NCBI GenBank assembly: GCA_965219445.1 | Contig: CBDCNQ010000005.1 | Span: 384,001 to 448,000, forward strand | Source of the DNA: Longimicrobiales bacterium | Lineage (GTDB): Bacteria > Gemmatimonadota > Gemmatimonadetes > Longimicrobiales > Gaopeijiaceae | Length of the DNA: 64,000 bases | Direction of reading: 5' to 3' | Part shown: positions 43,882 to 53,574 of the stretch, piece after piece | How the letters are laid out: each line of letters opens with the position of its first letter | Numbering within the stretch: position 1 is the first letter of the stretch | Translations under genes and position numbers: made by a program | The notes under the pieces: generated by a model | Seen by the model: the letters and a program-made list of their open reading frames with translations, nothing else | Told to the model about the DNA's origin: nothing | Databases searched by the model: none

Positions 43882-46308
43882 GTGGAATCTTGTGGCCGCA
43901 TCCGACTGGCCGGCGGCCAGTCGGAACGTCCGATCGGGGTCGCGAAATTGCCGAAAGCGGAAGAGGCAGGCGGAGAGATCCAGGCGCTGCGGGAGCGGCT
44001 CTCGAGGCTGAGCGAGGCGAGTCTTCGGATCAGCGATAGCCTGGACGTCGATACCGTGCTGCACGAGGTCGTAGAGAGCGCCCGGGTGCTGACGGGCGCC
44101 GGCAGCAGCGGCATCACGACGATGGACGCTTCGGGTCAGCTGCAGGATTTCGTCACGGCGGGCGTGAGTCCCGAGGAGCACCAGCGGTTCCTGGAGCTGC
44201 CCTACGGGCCGGCGCTGTGGGAGTACTTGCGCGAGGTGCCGGAACCGCTCCGGCTCAGCGACCTGGCGGCCCACCTGAGCGCGCTCGGCTTCCCCGAAGA
44301 CGGGACGCTGGTGCGGAGCTTCCTTGGGGTGCCGATCCGTCACCGGGGCGCGCATGTCGGCAATTTCTACCTCGCCGACAAGGAGGGCGGCCGGGAGTTC
44401 ACGACCGAGGACGAGGAGGTCCTGACGCTCTTCGCGTCGCAGGCCGGTGCGGCGATCGCCAACGCGCGCAAGCACCGGGACGAGCAGCGGGCGCGGGCGG
44501 ATCTGGAAGCTCTGATCGACACGTCGCCGGTGGGCGTGGTGGTGTTCGACGCCCGGAGCGGGCGGGTGGCGTCGCTGAACCAGGAGTCGCGCCGTATTGT
44601 CGGCGACCTGTGCATGCCGGGCCAGTCGGCGGAAGATCTGCTGAAGGTGCTGCGCGTGCGGCGCGCGGACGGTCACGAGGTGGCGTTCGAAGAGTCGCCC
44701 CTGACGCAGATGCTGCGCAACGCCACCACGGTGCGCGCCGAGGAGATCGTCCTCGAGGTTCCGGACGGCCGGAGGATCACCATACTCGTCAACGCCACGC
44801 CCATCCGCACGGAGCAGGGCGAGGTCGAGTCGCTGGTCGTCAGCCTGCAGGACCTGACGCCGCTGGAGGAGCTGGAGCGGCTCCGGGCCGAGTTTCTGGG
44901 CATGGTAAGCCACGAGCTCCGTGCCCCGCTGACCTCGATCAAGGGCTCCGCGGCCACGGTGTTGGGCGCGCCGAGGGCGCTGGACCCGGCCGAGACGATG
45001 CAGTTCCTCCGGATCATCGACGAGCAGGCGGATCACATGCGGGAGCTGATCAGCGACCTGCTGGACGCGGCGCACATCGAGACGGGCAGGCTGTCGGTCA
45101 CACCCGAGCCCGTGGAGCTTGCGGCCGTCATGGATCAAGCCCGAAACATGTACCTGAGCGGAGGGGGCAGGAATCCTCTCCGCATCGACCTGCCGCCGGA
45201 CTTGCCGCGGGTGCTGGCGGACCGGCAGCGCATCGTCCAGGTCCTGGGCAACCTGTTGTCCAACGCGGCCCGGCACTCGCCCGAGTCGTCGGCCATCCGG
45301 GTGGCCGCCGTGCGGGAGGACGTCCATGTGGCGGTCTCGGTCGCCGACGAAGGTCGAAGCATCCCGGCGGAGCGTCTGCCGCACCTGTTCCGGAAGTTCG
45401 CCCGGAGCGGCCGGGAGGACCGTGGACGGGGGGTCGGAGCGGGCCTGGGCCTGGCCATCTGCAAGGGCCTGGTGGAGGCGCATGGGGGCCGCATCTGGGC
45501 CGAGAGCGAGGGAACGGGCCCGGGCGCCCGCTTCATCTTCACGATTCCGGTCGTCGAGGAGGCCGGGGTCGGCGTCGCGACGAGCCCTGTGCGGAGGCCC
45601 GGTCGCACGGGGCGCGCCGGGGAAGAGGGGCCGCACGTCCTGGTGGTGGATGACGACCCGAAGGCACTGGGCTACGTTCGGGGGATACTCGAGGACGCGG
45701 GCTACTACCCGTTCGTGACCGGCGACCCGGAGGACGTGCCCGGCCTCATCGAGACGCACCGGCCCGACCTTGTGCTGCTGGACCTGCTCCTGCCCGGGAC
45801 GGACGGCATCGAGCTGATGCAAAGCCTACCTGCGCTGGCCGATCTGCCGGTCATCTTCCTGTCCGGATACGGCCGCGACGAGACGATCGCCAGGGCCCTC
45901 GAGATCGGAGCGGCCGATTACATCGTGAAGCCGTTTTCTCCGACGGAGCTCGTGGCCAGAATCGAGGCCGCCCTGCGCAAGCGGGCCGGGACGCGCGAGC
46001 CCTACCGGATGGGGGAGCTCGCCATCAACTACGACGAGCGCCGGGTGAGCTTGGCCGGCCAGCCTGTCTCGCTGACCGCCACCGAGTACGATCTGCTGAG
46101 CGCCCTCTCGGCCAACGCCGGCCGCGTGTCGACGCACGACTACCTGCTGCGCCGCGTATGGCGTTCTCGGCGCGGCGCGAGCCCCCCGGCAGTGCGCGCC
46201 TTCATCAAGAAGCTTCGCCAGAAGCTGGGCGACGATGCGAACAACCCGACCTACATCCTCACCGAGCCGCGGGTCGGCTACCGCATGGCCAAGCCCGAGG
46301 ACGGCTGA
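43882..46308 (+). CDS. Soluble hybrid sensor-regulator GAF-PAS-HisKA-HATPase-REC-OmpR wHTH
   Basis: SHELRAPL, NLLSNA, GAGLGLAI, VVDDD/LLDLLLP/KPF, TEPRVGYR; no TM segment; start may be TTG 43948. Confidence 0.9.
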   Translation: MESCGRIRLAGGQSERPIGVAKLPKAEEAGGEIQALRERLSRLSEASLRISDSLDVDTVLHEVVESARVLTGAGSSGITTMDASGQLQDFVTAGVSPEEHQRFLELPYGPALWEYLREVPEPLRLSDLAAHLSALGFPEDGTLVRSFLGVPIRHRGAHVGNFYLADKEGGREFTTEDEEVLTLFASQAGAAIANARKHRDEQRARADLEALIDTSPVGVVVFDARSGRVASLNQESRRIVGDLCMPGQSAEDLLKVLRVRRADGHEVAFEESPLTQMLRNATTVRAEEIVLEVPDGRRITILVNATPIRTEQGEVESLVVSLQDLTPLEELERLRAEFLGMVSHELRAPLTSIKGSAATVLGAPRALDPAETMQFLRIIDEQADHMRELISDLLDAAHIETGRLSVTPEPVELAAVMDQARNMYLSGGGRNPLRIDLPPDLPRVLADRQRIVQVLGNLLSNAARHSPESSAIRVAAVREDVHVAVSVADEGRSIPAERLPHLFRKFARSGREDRGRGVGAGLGLAICKGLVEAHGGRIWAESEGTGPGARFIFTIPVVEEAGVGVATSPVRRPGRTGRAGEEGPHVLVVDDDPKALGYVRGILEDAGYYPFVTGDPEDVPGLIETHRPDLVLLDLLLPGTDGIELMQSLPALADLPVIFLSGYGRDETIARALEIGAADYIVKPFSPTELVARIEAALRKRAGTREPYRMGELAINYDERRVSLAGQPVSLTATEYDLLSALSANAGRVSTHDYLLRRVWRSRRGASPPAVRAFIKKLRQKLGDDANNPTYILTEPRVGYRMAKPEDG

Positions 46309-46445
46309 GGGTACGGAGCCTCCGCCGTCCATGTCCTCCGGACTCGCCGGGCCGCATCCGTGGAGCGGGAAGCGAGTGTCGCATGGGGAGTGGGTCGCCG
46401 AAAGCCGAAGGACCAGGCAACCGCTTGCGTGCAATCGGCTCGGCT

Positions 46446-46760
46446 TCAGTCCCAGTCACCGTCGGTGTCCCTCTTGAGGGCATCGGCGAGGCCCGGATCG
46501 CCCTCGCCTCGCCGTACGGAGCGCTCGAGGAGATCAACGCGGCTCCCCAAGTCGGCGAGTCCGGCTGCACGAGCGACGGCGTAGATGGCGGCCAAGACGG
46601 CGGCCAGCGCCAACCCCAGGTGCAGGGCGATGAGAACGCCATAGTCCGAGAGGATCAGTGGCCAGAACGGCGCGAGATACTCGAGGCGTGATCCGGCGAG
46701 CAGGATGGCCGAGCCGGCTAGGGCGGCGGTCAGCCCCGCGCTGATCTTCCAGGGTTGCAT
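46446..46760 (-). CDS. Small two-TM membrane protein (intact copy of island target gene)
   Basis: 104 aa; homologous pieces at 14739, 28356 and 43503. Confidence 0.8.
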   Translation of the reverse strand: MQPWKISAGLTAALAGSAILLAGSRLEYLAPFWPLILSDYGVLIALHLGLALAAVLAAIYAVARAAGLADLGSRVDLLERSVRRGEGDPGLADALKRDTDGDWD

Positions 46761-46769
46761 GGGGGCGGG

Positions 46770-47657
46770 CTAGAGTTCAAGCGCGGCCGGATCCCGGTCG
46801 GTCGGCCCTCGCAGGGAGGAACGATCTCCGCCGTCGCCCACGCCGAGCGAGCGGAGCAGGCGCGCGGCGGCCGGGCCGTTGGCGTGCATCCGGAACCCGG
46901 CGGCCACCTTGGCGCGGATGGCCCCCTCGCGGTAGTTGCCCGATGCGACCTCGATGTTGACGCGTCCGGTGCGCCCCTCGGAGTCGGTGTACTCGATCTG
47001 CGCATCCGGGTAGAGCACGCGGCCTTGGGCATCGATCGGCAAGCCGAGCTCCTCGGCCACGCGGTGCCGCTCGGCGTCGGCAGCCCGGCGGCCGTCTTTC
47101 GCCCGCGCGGACTCGCTCTTGCGTGCTACGGCGCTCTTGAACTCGCCGTCGAGACGCACACGGCGGACGGTGGCCCCCTGCTCGATCAGGCGTTGGTGCT
47201 CCTGGCGGCAGGCCCGATAGATGGCGGTGTCGTGCGCGGCTTCGGCGGGCCGGGTACGTGCGAACCCGATCTCCTGGCCGGGATCGATTCCCAGCTCGGC
47301 GGCCAGCTTCCGGGCCTCGGTCACGCCTTTCCGCGTGAGGGTCAGCACCTTGAACGGGTTGCCGTTGGGTCCAGTGGCTCGGGTTTCTTGGGCGAGCCCT
47401 TCGCGTATCCAGGCGTTCACGGCCCGCCGCGTGGTGTAGGGATGGCCGCCGAAGTGAGCCTCGGCGAGATCGCGGTACGAGACGGCGCCGTAGATGCCGA
47501 TGTCGGCGAGCGCCCCCCGGCACCGTTCTCTAAAAGAGGTGGACCCGCGGTCCCGGCTCGCGTCGTATTCTCGGCGATGGCCGTCCCGCATGCGGTAGGT
47601 AGCGCGGCTTTGTGGCGCGGCGGGACGCGGGTCCGATGCGATCGTGCGGTCGAGCAT
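46770..47657 (-). CDS. wHTH plus PD-(D/E)XK-like protein (Replic_Relax/MOBC-like)
   Basis: N-terminal wHTH (SYRDLAE..F...LTRKG), AAHD, YPDAQIEY...NIEVASGNY. Confidence 0.55.
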   Translation of the reverse strand: MLDRTIASDPRPAAPQSRATYRMRDGHRREYDASRDRGSTSFRERCRGALADIGIYGAVSYRDLAEAHFGGHPYTTRRAVNAWIREGLAQETRATGPNGNPFKVLTLTRKGVTEARKLAAELGIDPGQEIGFARTRPAEAAHDTAIYRACRQEHQRLIEQGATVRRVRLDGEFKSAVARKSESARAKDGRRAADAERHRVAEELGLPIDAQGRVLYPDAQIEYTDSEGRTGRVNIEVASGNYREGAIRAKVAAGFRMHANGPAAARLLRSLGVGDGGDRSSLRGPTDRDPAALEL

Positions 47658-47680
47658 CTCCTTGGCTCCTCCCCCTCTCG

Positions 47681-48703
47681 TCAGCGGCGCGGACCGAAGC
47701 TCCGGGTCGGAACCGGGAGCTCCGGCCTTGCGGCGTGCTGCGGGTCGGGAGCGCGGGTGGCGGCCACCGGTGCCGACTCCCGTTCGGGCTCACGCTCGCG
47801 GCTCCGTACCAGCACGAAGTCGGAGATCTTCTGTGCGTCGGCCGCGGCGCGGCGGATCTCCCTCGGATCCTCCTCGAGGGCGGCGACCCACCCCTCGACA
47901 TAAGCGGCTCCGCGGCTCGGGTCGTGGCCGACCCCCACGCGCTCGCCGGTCATCATTGCGCTGATCTCGGCCCGGAGCTCCTCCTTCGCATAGTCGGGGG
48001 ACCCGAATCCGCCCTCGATCCCCTGGATGAGCGTCTCGCGGTTCATGCGCTCTGGATGGCCGGTGCTGTGCCCCAGCTCGTGGAGCGCCGTCTGGTAGTA
48101 GTGGTTGGCCGAGGGGAACTGCACGCGCTCAGGGAGCACGATCTCGTCGCGGTTCAGGTTGTAGAACGCGCGGTCGCCGGCCATGTGACGGACGGGGACC
48201 CCGCTGTCCGCGAGGACCCTCTCGGCGTGCTGGTGCGCCTTCCAGAGCGGCTCGGCGGTGGGAGTGGGTCGAGCCGGGAGCCCGTCCGCCTGCTCGGCGT
48301 TGAAGACGGTGTACTGCCGGACGACAGGCGCGCGCATCCGCTCGTAGCGGTAGATGCGCTTGCCTTCGTTGTCCCTGACGGGCCGGCCGCGCTCGTCGTT
48401 GACGGCGATCTTCCGGTGGTCCTGGAACGAGAGGATGCGGGTGCCCTGCTCGCCCTTGCGGACCTGTCCGCCTTGGACCTGAGTCTGGCGGTAGGTACCC
48501 CAGCGCACGTCCGCGTAGCCGCGCGCCTGCTGGACGGCGGCGAGGTGCAGGCTGTTCCCGCCCGAGTAGGAGCGTCCGGTATCGACGTTGGCGGGAAGCA
48601 CGCGCTCGCCCGGCCCCCAGGGCTTCTGCCAGGGCGCGGTGCCCTGGCGGATCTGCTCGATGATCGCATCGGCGAACTGGCGGTGATATTCGTCGTGTTT
48701 CAT
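47681..48703 (-). CDS. ardC: ArdC-family ssDNA-binding antirestriction protein
   Basis: GTAPWQKPW, YSGGN, WGTYRQ...VRKGE, VFNAEQ, LHELGHSTGHPER, YAKEELRAEI. Confidence 0.9.
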   Translation of the reverse strand: MKHDEYHRQFADAIIEQIRQGTAPWQKPWGPGERVLPANVDTGRSYSGGNSLHLAAVQQARGYADVRWGTYRQTQVQGGQVRKGEQGTRILSFQDHRKIAVNDERGRPVRDNEGKRIYRYERMRAPVVRQYTVFNAEQADGLPARPTPTAEPLWKAHQHAERVLADSGVPVRHMAGDRAFYNLNRDEIVLPERVQFPSANHYYQTALHELGHSTGHPERMNRETLIQGIEGGFGSPDYAKEELRAEISAMMTGERVGVGHDPSRGAAYVEGWVAALEEDPREIRRAAADAQKISDFVLVRSREREPERESAPVAATRAPDPQHAARPELPVPTRSFGPRR

Positions 48704-48900
48704 AACTCTTCCTCCTCGGGGCCGTGCGGATCCTCCGAGGCGTCTCGGATCTCGTCCTCGGTGCCCACGTCCTCGGGGAAGAGGCCGTACTGCTCGGCCA
48801 GCGATGCCGGCACCTCGAGGGCCTCACCGCCGTCGCGCGAGAGCTCGCGGTCGAAGTCGTCGAGCGTCTCGACGCGGACGATCTTCTCGTCGCTTTCCAT
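48700..48900 (-). CDS. Small acidic hypothetical protein
   Basis: AGGAG RBS; D/E-rich 66 aa; overlaps the ardC start. Confidence 0.55.
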   Translation of the reverse strand: MESDEKIVRVETLDDFDRELSRDGGEALEVPASLAEQYGLFPEDVGTEDEIRDASEDPHGPEEEEL

Positions 48901-48904
48901 GGCC

Positions 48905-49888
48905 TCACTCCTTTTCTGTTTGTTCTTCATCGTCCTTCCTCCATATCGTCTCCGTGAGCCAGCGATTGGCGGCCGCCTCGTAGCCCCGGACTCGGAGCGC
49001 TTCCTCGACGAACCGCCGCCCCCCTCGCCGGGTCATGTGGACGACGAGCGAGATGCCGTCGACCACGCCCCTGCAGGTGACCTCCCAGGGGAGCGCCCCT
49101 CCGGCCTGCATGGCGCAACTGGCCAGGCGCGATAGCGCGGAGCTGGCGTTGTTCGCGTGGACGGTGGTGAGCGATCCGCCGTGGCCGGTGTTCAGCGCCT
49201 GCAGCAGATCGGCGGCCTCGCCGCCCCTGACCTCGCCGACGACGATGTGGTCGGGCCGGTGGCGGAGAGCGTGGCGGACCAGGTCGCGGATCGACACGGG
49301 CGCCTCGGAACCAACGGTTCCCGCCTCGAAGCGGAGGCAGTTCGCGCGCTCGATCCGGAGCTCGAGCGTGTCCTCGATGGCGACGATCCGCTCCTCCTCT
49401 GGGAGCAGCTCGATCAGGGCGTTGAGGAGTGTGGTCTTGCCCGAGCCGGTGCCTCCGGAGACCAAGATGTTCCGCCGCGAAGTGAGAGTGTCGCGGGCGA
49501 CGAGGAACACCTTTTCCGGCAGGGCGCCCTGCCGCACGAGGTCTTCGGCTGAGAACGCGCGGCCCCCGAACCGGCGGATGGTCATGGCCACGTGGGGGCT
49601 CGCGGGCGGCGTGCATATGGCGACGCGGGAGCCGTCGTCGAGCCGCGCGTCCAGGACGGGCCGCGCGGCCGGATCGAGCCCGAGCGGCCGCGCGATGTGG
49701 ATGGCCGCCCGGTGGAGCGCGGCGGCGGTGCGCTCGGGCGCTTCGATGGGCTCGAGCTCTCCGCCGCGCTCGACCCAGACGTTGCCGGGGCCGTTGATCA
49801 TCAGCTCGGAGACCTCCGGATCTTCGAGCACGGCCTCGAGTCCGGGCAGGAACGGCTTCAGGTGCCCGATCCCGCTCGCGCGCTTCAT
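48905..49888 (-). CDS. CpaF/TadA (VirB11-like) ATPase
   Basis: DPEVSELMING, LDARLDDGSRV, GGTGSGKTT, IEDTLEL, LRHRPD.IVVGEVRG, NTGH.G..TTVHAN; ATG 49888 overlaps the T4CP stop. Confidence 0.9.
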   Translation of the reverse strand: MKRASGIGHLKPFLPGLEAVLEDPEVSELMINGPGNVWVERGGELEPIEAPERTAAALHRAAIHIARPLGLDPAARPVLDARLDDGSRVAICTPPASPHVAMTIRRFGGRAFSAEDLVRQGALPEKVFLVARDTLTSRRNILVSGGTGSGKTTLLNALIELLPEEERIVAIEDTLELRIERANCLRFEAGTVGSEAPVSIRDLVRHALRHRPDHIVVGEVRGGEAADLLQALNTGHGGSLTTVHANNASSALSRLASCAMQAGGALPWEVTCRGVVDGISLVVHMTRRGGRRFVEEALRVRGYEAAANRWLTETIWRKDDEEQTEKE

Positions 49889-51930
49889 AGCCGGCCCTCC
49901 TCGCGGAGCCGCCAGTAGCCCACGTCCCTCGGCAGGTAGTGGGGCTTCAGATAGACGCGCCGGGCCGGCAGGGACTTCGTGCCGTCGTAGGGCAGGCAGA
50001 TCGCCTGATAGTTGGCGAGGAGGCTGAAGTCCCGGGGCGTGAAGACCGGCTCCCGGGCCTGCCGGAACGACTTGCTCGCGCCGATCGTGCCCCGCCCGCC
50101 TCCGGCACGTCCCGAGAGCAGCGAGAACTCCGGCCTGCCCGTCGTCTCGGTGAACGTGTAGGAAGGCTGCGTCTTCATGACGCTGCCGCACATCTCCGAG
50201 GCGATCCTGGCCGAGGACTCGTCGCTCAAGGACAGGAAGATCCGGGTGCGGAGCGTCTGGACCAGTGTGCGCCAGGCCTCCGTGCCGGACAGCACGGAGC
50301 GGAGCGAGGAGATCGACTGCGTGGCCACGATCGGGATGCAGCGGCACTGCCGCGTCATCGCGAACGCCTTCTCGTCGCCCGAGGGGTCGTCCTGGCCCAC
50401 GGTGGCGAACGCCTGGTACTCGTCGCAGATGAACACGGCGGGCCGGAGGTAGCGTCCGGGCCGGCGGGCGGCCTCGGCGGGCCGCCGGAGGAGCGCCTGC
50501 ATCCAGGCGTTCTTGAGCAGCACGCCGATGGCGCGGCCGAGCGCCGGGTTCGCGCCCGCGGGCATGTTGAGGGCGAGGACCCGGCCCTCTTCGATCAGCT
50601 GGGCGAGCGGCGGCAGCCGGCGACGGAGCCCCGGCATGGGCCGGACGGCCTCGGGGTCCTCGTCCGGCGCATCGTTACCTATATGTATAGATGGGGACTC
50701 ATCCGATTCCGGAGGCGGCGGACAGAAGACTCCGGCCACGCCGGGCTGATCGAACAGCGAGAGGAAGACGGAGATGCCCTCGACGATCGAGGTGCGGAGC
50801 TTGGCATCGAGCGCCATCCAATCGTTCAGGTACCAGCGCTCGATCGCCTCCACCTGGTCCCTGAGTTCGCTGCCTGCGCCGCTCTCGCCTTCCTCGGTCT
50901 CGAACGGGATCTCAAGCTCGGCGAGCCGATCCCGGAGGACCGGGTCGAGCCGGCACGTCACCGTGTCCTCACCGGAGGTATATATCCAGACCCAGTCATT
51001 CAGCGCTTCCGGATGGCCGATCATGTCGTCGTGGGAGATGACGACGCGCGCCGGGCACGCCTCAGCCACCAGGTCCTGGGCCTCGCGGATTCTCTCGGCG
51101 AATAGTTCCGCGTCGATCGTGCAGCGGTAGACATCCTGCAGCGTGACCCAGCCCCCCGGCAGGAGCCGGTACAGTTCGATGATCCAGCGCACGAGATTCG
51201 TATAGGCTTGCTGCCAGAACGGTTCGCGGCTCTTGCCGAAGAGCTGGTTGATCAGGGATGAGACGCTGTAGGCGAGCGAGTAGGTGTCGAGCAGCGGATC
51301 GTCGAGCGGGTTCCACTGCCAGGACCCGTCCAGCCCGATTTCCAGGTAGTCGTCCGCGCGGCCGGCCTCCTCGAGGATCCCCCGCACGCTGTGGCAGAAG
51401 TCGCCCTTGACCTCGAGCACCAAGGCGCTGGCCCGTCGTGCGGGCCGGTCGGCCTGCCACGAGAGGAGCTGCTGGGCGAACGGATACATGCAGGCCGAGG
51501 TCTTGCCGGAGCCGACGGCGCCGACGATCAGGATGCCGGTGTAGAGCCCCGTCTCTGGAACGACGAGCCAGGAGGGCCGCTCGCTCTCGCGCGGAACGGT
51601 CGGGTGGTGGAGCTCGCCGACCACGAGCGAGGGCGCCTCGTCCTCGGGCGACACGGGCCAAGCAGGCAGCTTGCCCCGGCCGCCGCCCCTCGCCCGCGGC
51701 TGGAGCCAGACTCTCCAGACCGAGAGGCCTAAGCTCCCGGCGAGCACCACGGCGACGGCGGGCGCCGCGTAGTACCAGACGCGGATCACCGTGTGGAAGT
51801 CCGGATCGTGGTAGGCGATCAAGTCCAGCACGGGGTTGCCGCCGCTGGCGGGAAACGGCGCCCACAAGGCGTGGGCGATCGCGGCCGCCGAAGCGAGGCC
51901 CACGAGTACGAGCGTCGCCGGCCTCAGCAT
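49885..51930 (-). CDS. Type IV coupling protein (TraD/VirD4-like)
   Basis: Two N-terminal TMs, Walker A GAVGSGKT, LEVKGD, WNPL, EPFW, Walker B FICDEYQ, ATQS. Confidence 0.85.
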   Translation of the reverse strand: MLRPATLVLVGLASAAAIAHALWAPFPASGGNPVLDLIAYHDPDFHTVIRVWYYAAPAVAVVLAGSLGLSVWRVWLQPRARGGGRGKLPAWPVSPEDEAPSLVVGELHHPTVPRESERPSWLVVPETGLYTGILIVGAVGSGKTSACMYPFAQQLLSWQADRPARRASALVLEVKGDFCHSVRGILEEAGRADDYLEIGLDGSWQWNPLDDPLLDTYSLAYSVSSLINQLFGKSREPFWQQAYTNLVRWIIELYRLLPGGWVTLQDVYRCTIDAELFAERIREAQDLVAEACPARVVISHDDMIGHPEALNDWVWIYTSGEDTVTCRLDPVLRDRLAELEIPFETEEGESGAGSELRDQVEAIERWYLNDWMALDAKLRTSIVEGISVFLSLFDQPGVAGVFCPPPPESDESPSIHIGNDAPDEDPEAVRPMPGLRRRLPPLAQLIEEGRVLALNMPAGANPALGRAIGVLLKNAWMQALLRRPAEAARRPGRYLRPAVFICDEYQAFATVGQDDPSGDEKAFAMTRQCRCIPIVATQSISSLRSVLSGTEAWRTLVQTLRTRIFLSLSDESSARIASEMCGSVMKTQPSYTFTETTGRPEFSLLSGRAGGGRGTIGASKSFRQAREPVFTPRDFSLLANYQAICLPYDGTKSLPARRVYLKPHYLPRDVGYWRLREEGRL

Positions 51931-52116
51931 CGCTCTGACAACCTTCCCGTAGGGCAGCCATGTTGGGAATAGCCATCTCGTCCAGCTAAGTCCCATAACG
52001 CATATAACTGACTTGTTTATATTGACTTATCACGATGCATAAGGATCTCTCCTGTCCCATAGCGATCCGCTTCGACCCCTTGCATCCGCTAATCTGTGGT
52101 GGATATATTGGTATGT

Positions 52117-53313
52117 ATGACACTCCCCACACGACCCCCGCAACGCAAGCCGCGCAGACGGCATCCCAACAACGCCCTGACGCCTGCCTTCGTGCGCAAC
52201 GTGAGCCAGGCCGGACGCTATTGTGACGGCCAGGGCCTCTATCTCGATGTGCGGCCCTCGGGCAGCCGGGGCTGGATCCAGCGCCTCACGATCCGCGGCC
52301 GCCGAACCGAGCTCGGGCTCGGCGGATTCCCCCTGGTCTCGCTGAAGGAAGCCCGAGAGAAGGCGTTCGCCAACCGGAAGCTCGCCCGCGAGCGAGGCGA
52401 TCCCCTGTCGGAGAAGCGGCGGGTCGAGTCGACGCCCACCTTCGCGGACGCGACCCGGCAGGTCTGGAACCAGCTGCGGCCGGGCTGGCGCTCCCCCCAG
52501 CATGCGCAGCTCTGGCTGAGCAGCCTGGAGCGCTACGCTGTTCCTCGCATCGGGAAGATGCCAATTTCGGAGGTGACGAGCGCCGACGTGATCGGGATTC
52601 TCGCTCCGATCTGGCACGACGTGCCGCCCACCGCCCGGAAGTTGCGCCAGCGCATCCGCGCGGTCATGGAGTGGGCGGTGGCGATGGGTCTCAGGCCCGA
52701 CAACCCGTGCGACCGGATCGGCCCGGTGCTCGGTTCGCAGGGGGGCGTCGTTCGACACATGCGGGCGTTGCCGCACCGCGAGGTGGCGTCCGCGATCGAG
52801 ACGGTGCGGGCGTCGAACGCGCGGCCGGTCGTGAAGCTGGCGTTCGAGTTTCTGGTGCTGACGGCGGTGCGCTCCGGCGAGGTCCGCGGGGCGGCGTGGG
52901 CGGAGATCGAGCGGGACGCGGGCGTGTGGACCATCCCGGCGATGCGCACGAAGGGGAACCGCGAGCACCGGGTGCCGCTGTGCGGGCGTGCTTTGCAGAT
53001 CCTCGAGGAAGCGCGGGTGCTCGGTCGCGGCAGCCCGCTCGTGTTTCCGGGCGTGCGCGGAAAGCCATTCGCGAGCACGGCGCTGTCGGAACTGCTCGGG
53101 GAGTTGAAGATCGCGGCTGTGCCGCACGGGTTCCGGTCGAGCTTTCGGGACTGGGCAGCCGAGGAAACGGATCATCCTCGGGAGGTGGCCGAGGCTGCGC
53201 TGGCGCATAAGGTCCGCAACCAGATCGAGGCGGCGTACCGGCGCACGGACCTGTTCGAGCGGCGGCGTCGGTTGATGGACGATTGGGCGCGTTACCTCGC
53301 TGGCGAGGGGTGA
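52117..53313 (+). CDS. int: P4-like tyrosine integrase
   Basis: YCDGQGLYL..GLGGFP.VSL, RSGEVR, HGFRSSFRDW, LAH, AYRR; AT-rich att-like sequence upstream. Confidence 0.95.
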   Translation: MTLPTRPPQRKPRRRHPNNALTPAFVRNVSQAGRYCDGQGLYLDVRPSGSRGWIQRLTIRGRRTELGLGGFPLVSLKEAREKAFANRKLARERGDPLSEKRRVESTPTFADATRQVWNQLRPGWRSPQHAQLWLSSLERYAVPRIGKMPISEVTSADVIGILAPIWHDVPPTARKLRQRIRAVMEWAVAMGLRPDNPCDRIGPVLGSQGGVVRHMRALPHREVASAIETVRASNARPVVKLAFEFLVLTAVRSGEVRGAAWAEIERDAGVWTIPAMRTKGNREHRVPLCGRALQILEEARVLGRGSPLVFPGVRGKPFASTALSELLGELKIAAVPHGFRSSFRDWAAEETDHPREVAEAALAHKVRNQIEAAYRRTDLFERRRRLMDDWARYLAGEG

Positions 53314-53364
53314 GACCTGGAGGCCGAACCGGTCCGCTGAGGCGCTGGCTCATGACCCTTACCT

Positions 53365-53555
53365 GTCATGAGCCAGCCTACCCTTTGGGGCCACGCTTCG
53401 CGGGTCCCCGGCAGGGGCTGGCGGGGGGCTGTGCCCCCTCTGACCCCCCCAACGGCAACGGCACATCATGGACGCTGGACCGGGCGGGGGGCTCGTCCCC
53501 CCTCCGTCTCGCCGGCCCGTCCTGATGGCTGATCGCCGCACCGTCGCCGCCGGCC
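53365..53555 (+). other. Putative oriT region (copy 3) with mobC 5' stub
   Basis: Matches 28655-28765; followed by ATGGCTGATCGCCGCACCGTC (MADRRTV, the mobC start). Confidence 0.55.
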
Positions 53556-53574
53556 GATTCGCTGCCGCGAACCA

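Noticed and set aside
51935..52030. att core for the second integrase
   Set aside because: AT-rich flank is present but no convincing direct repeat partner was found in the window, so element limits are not called.
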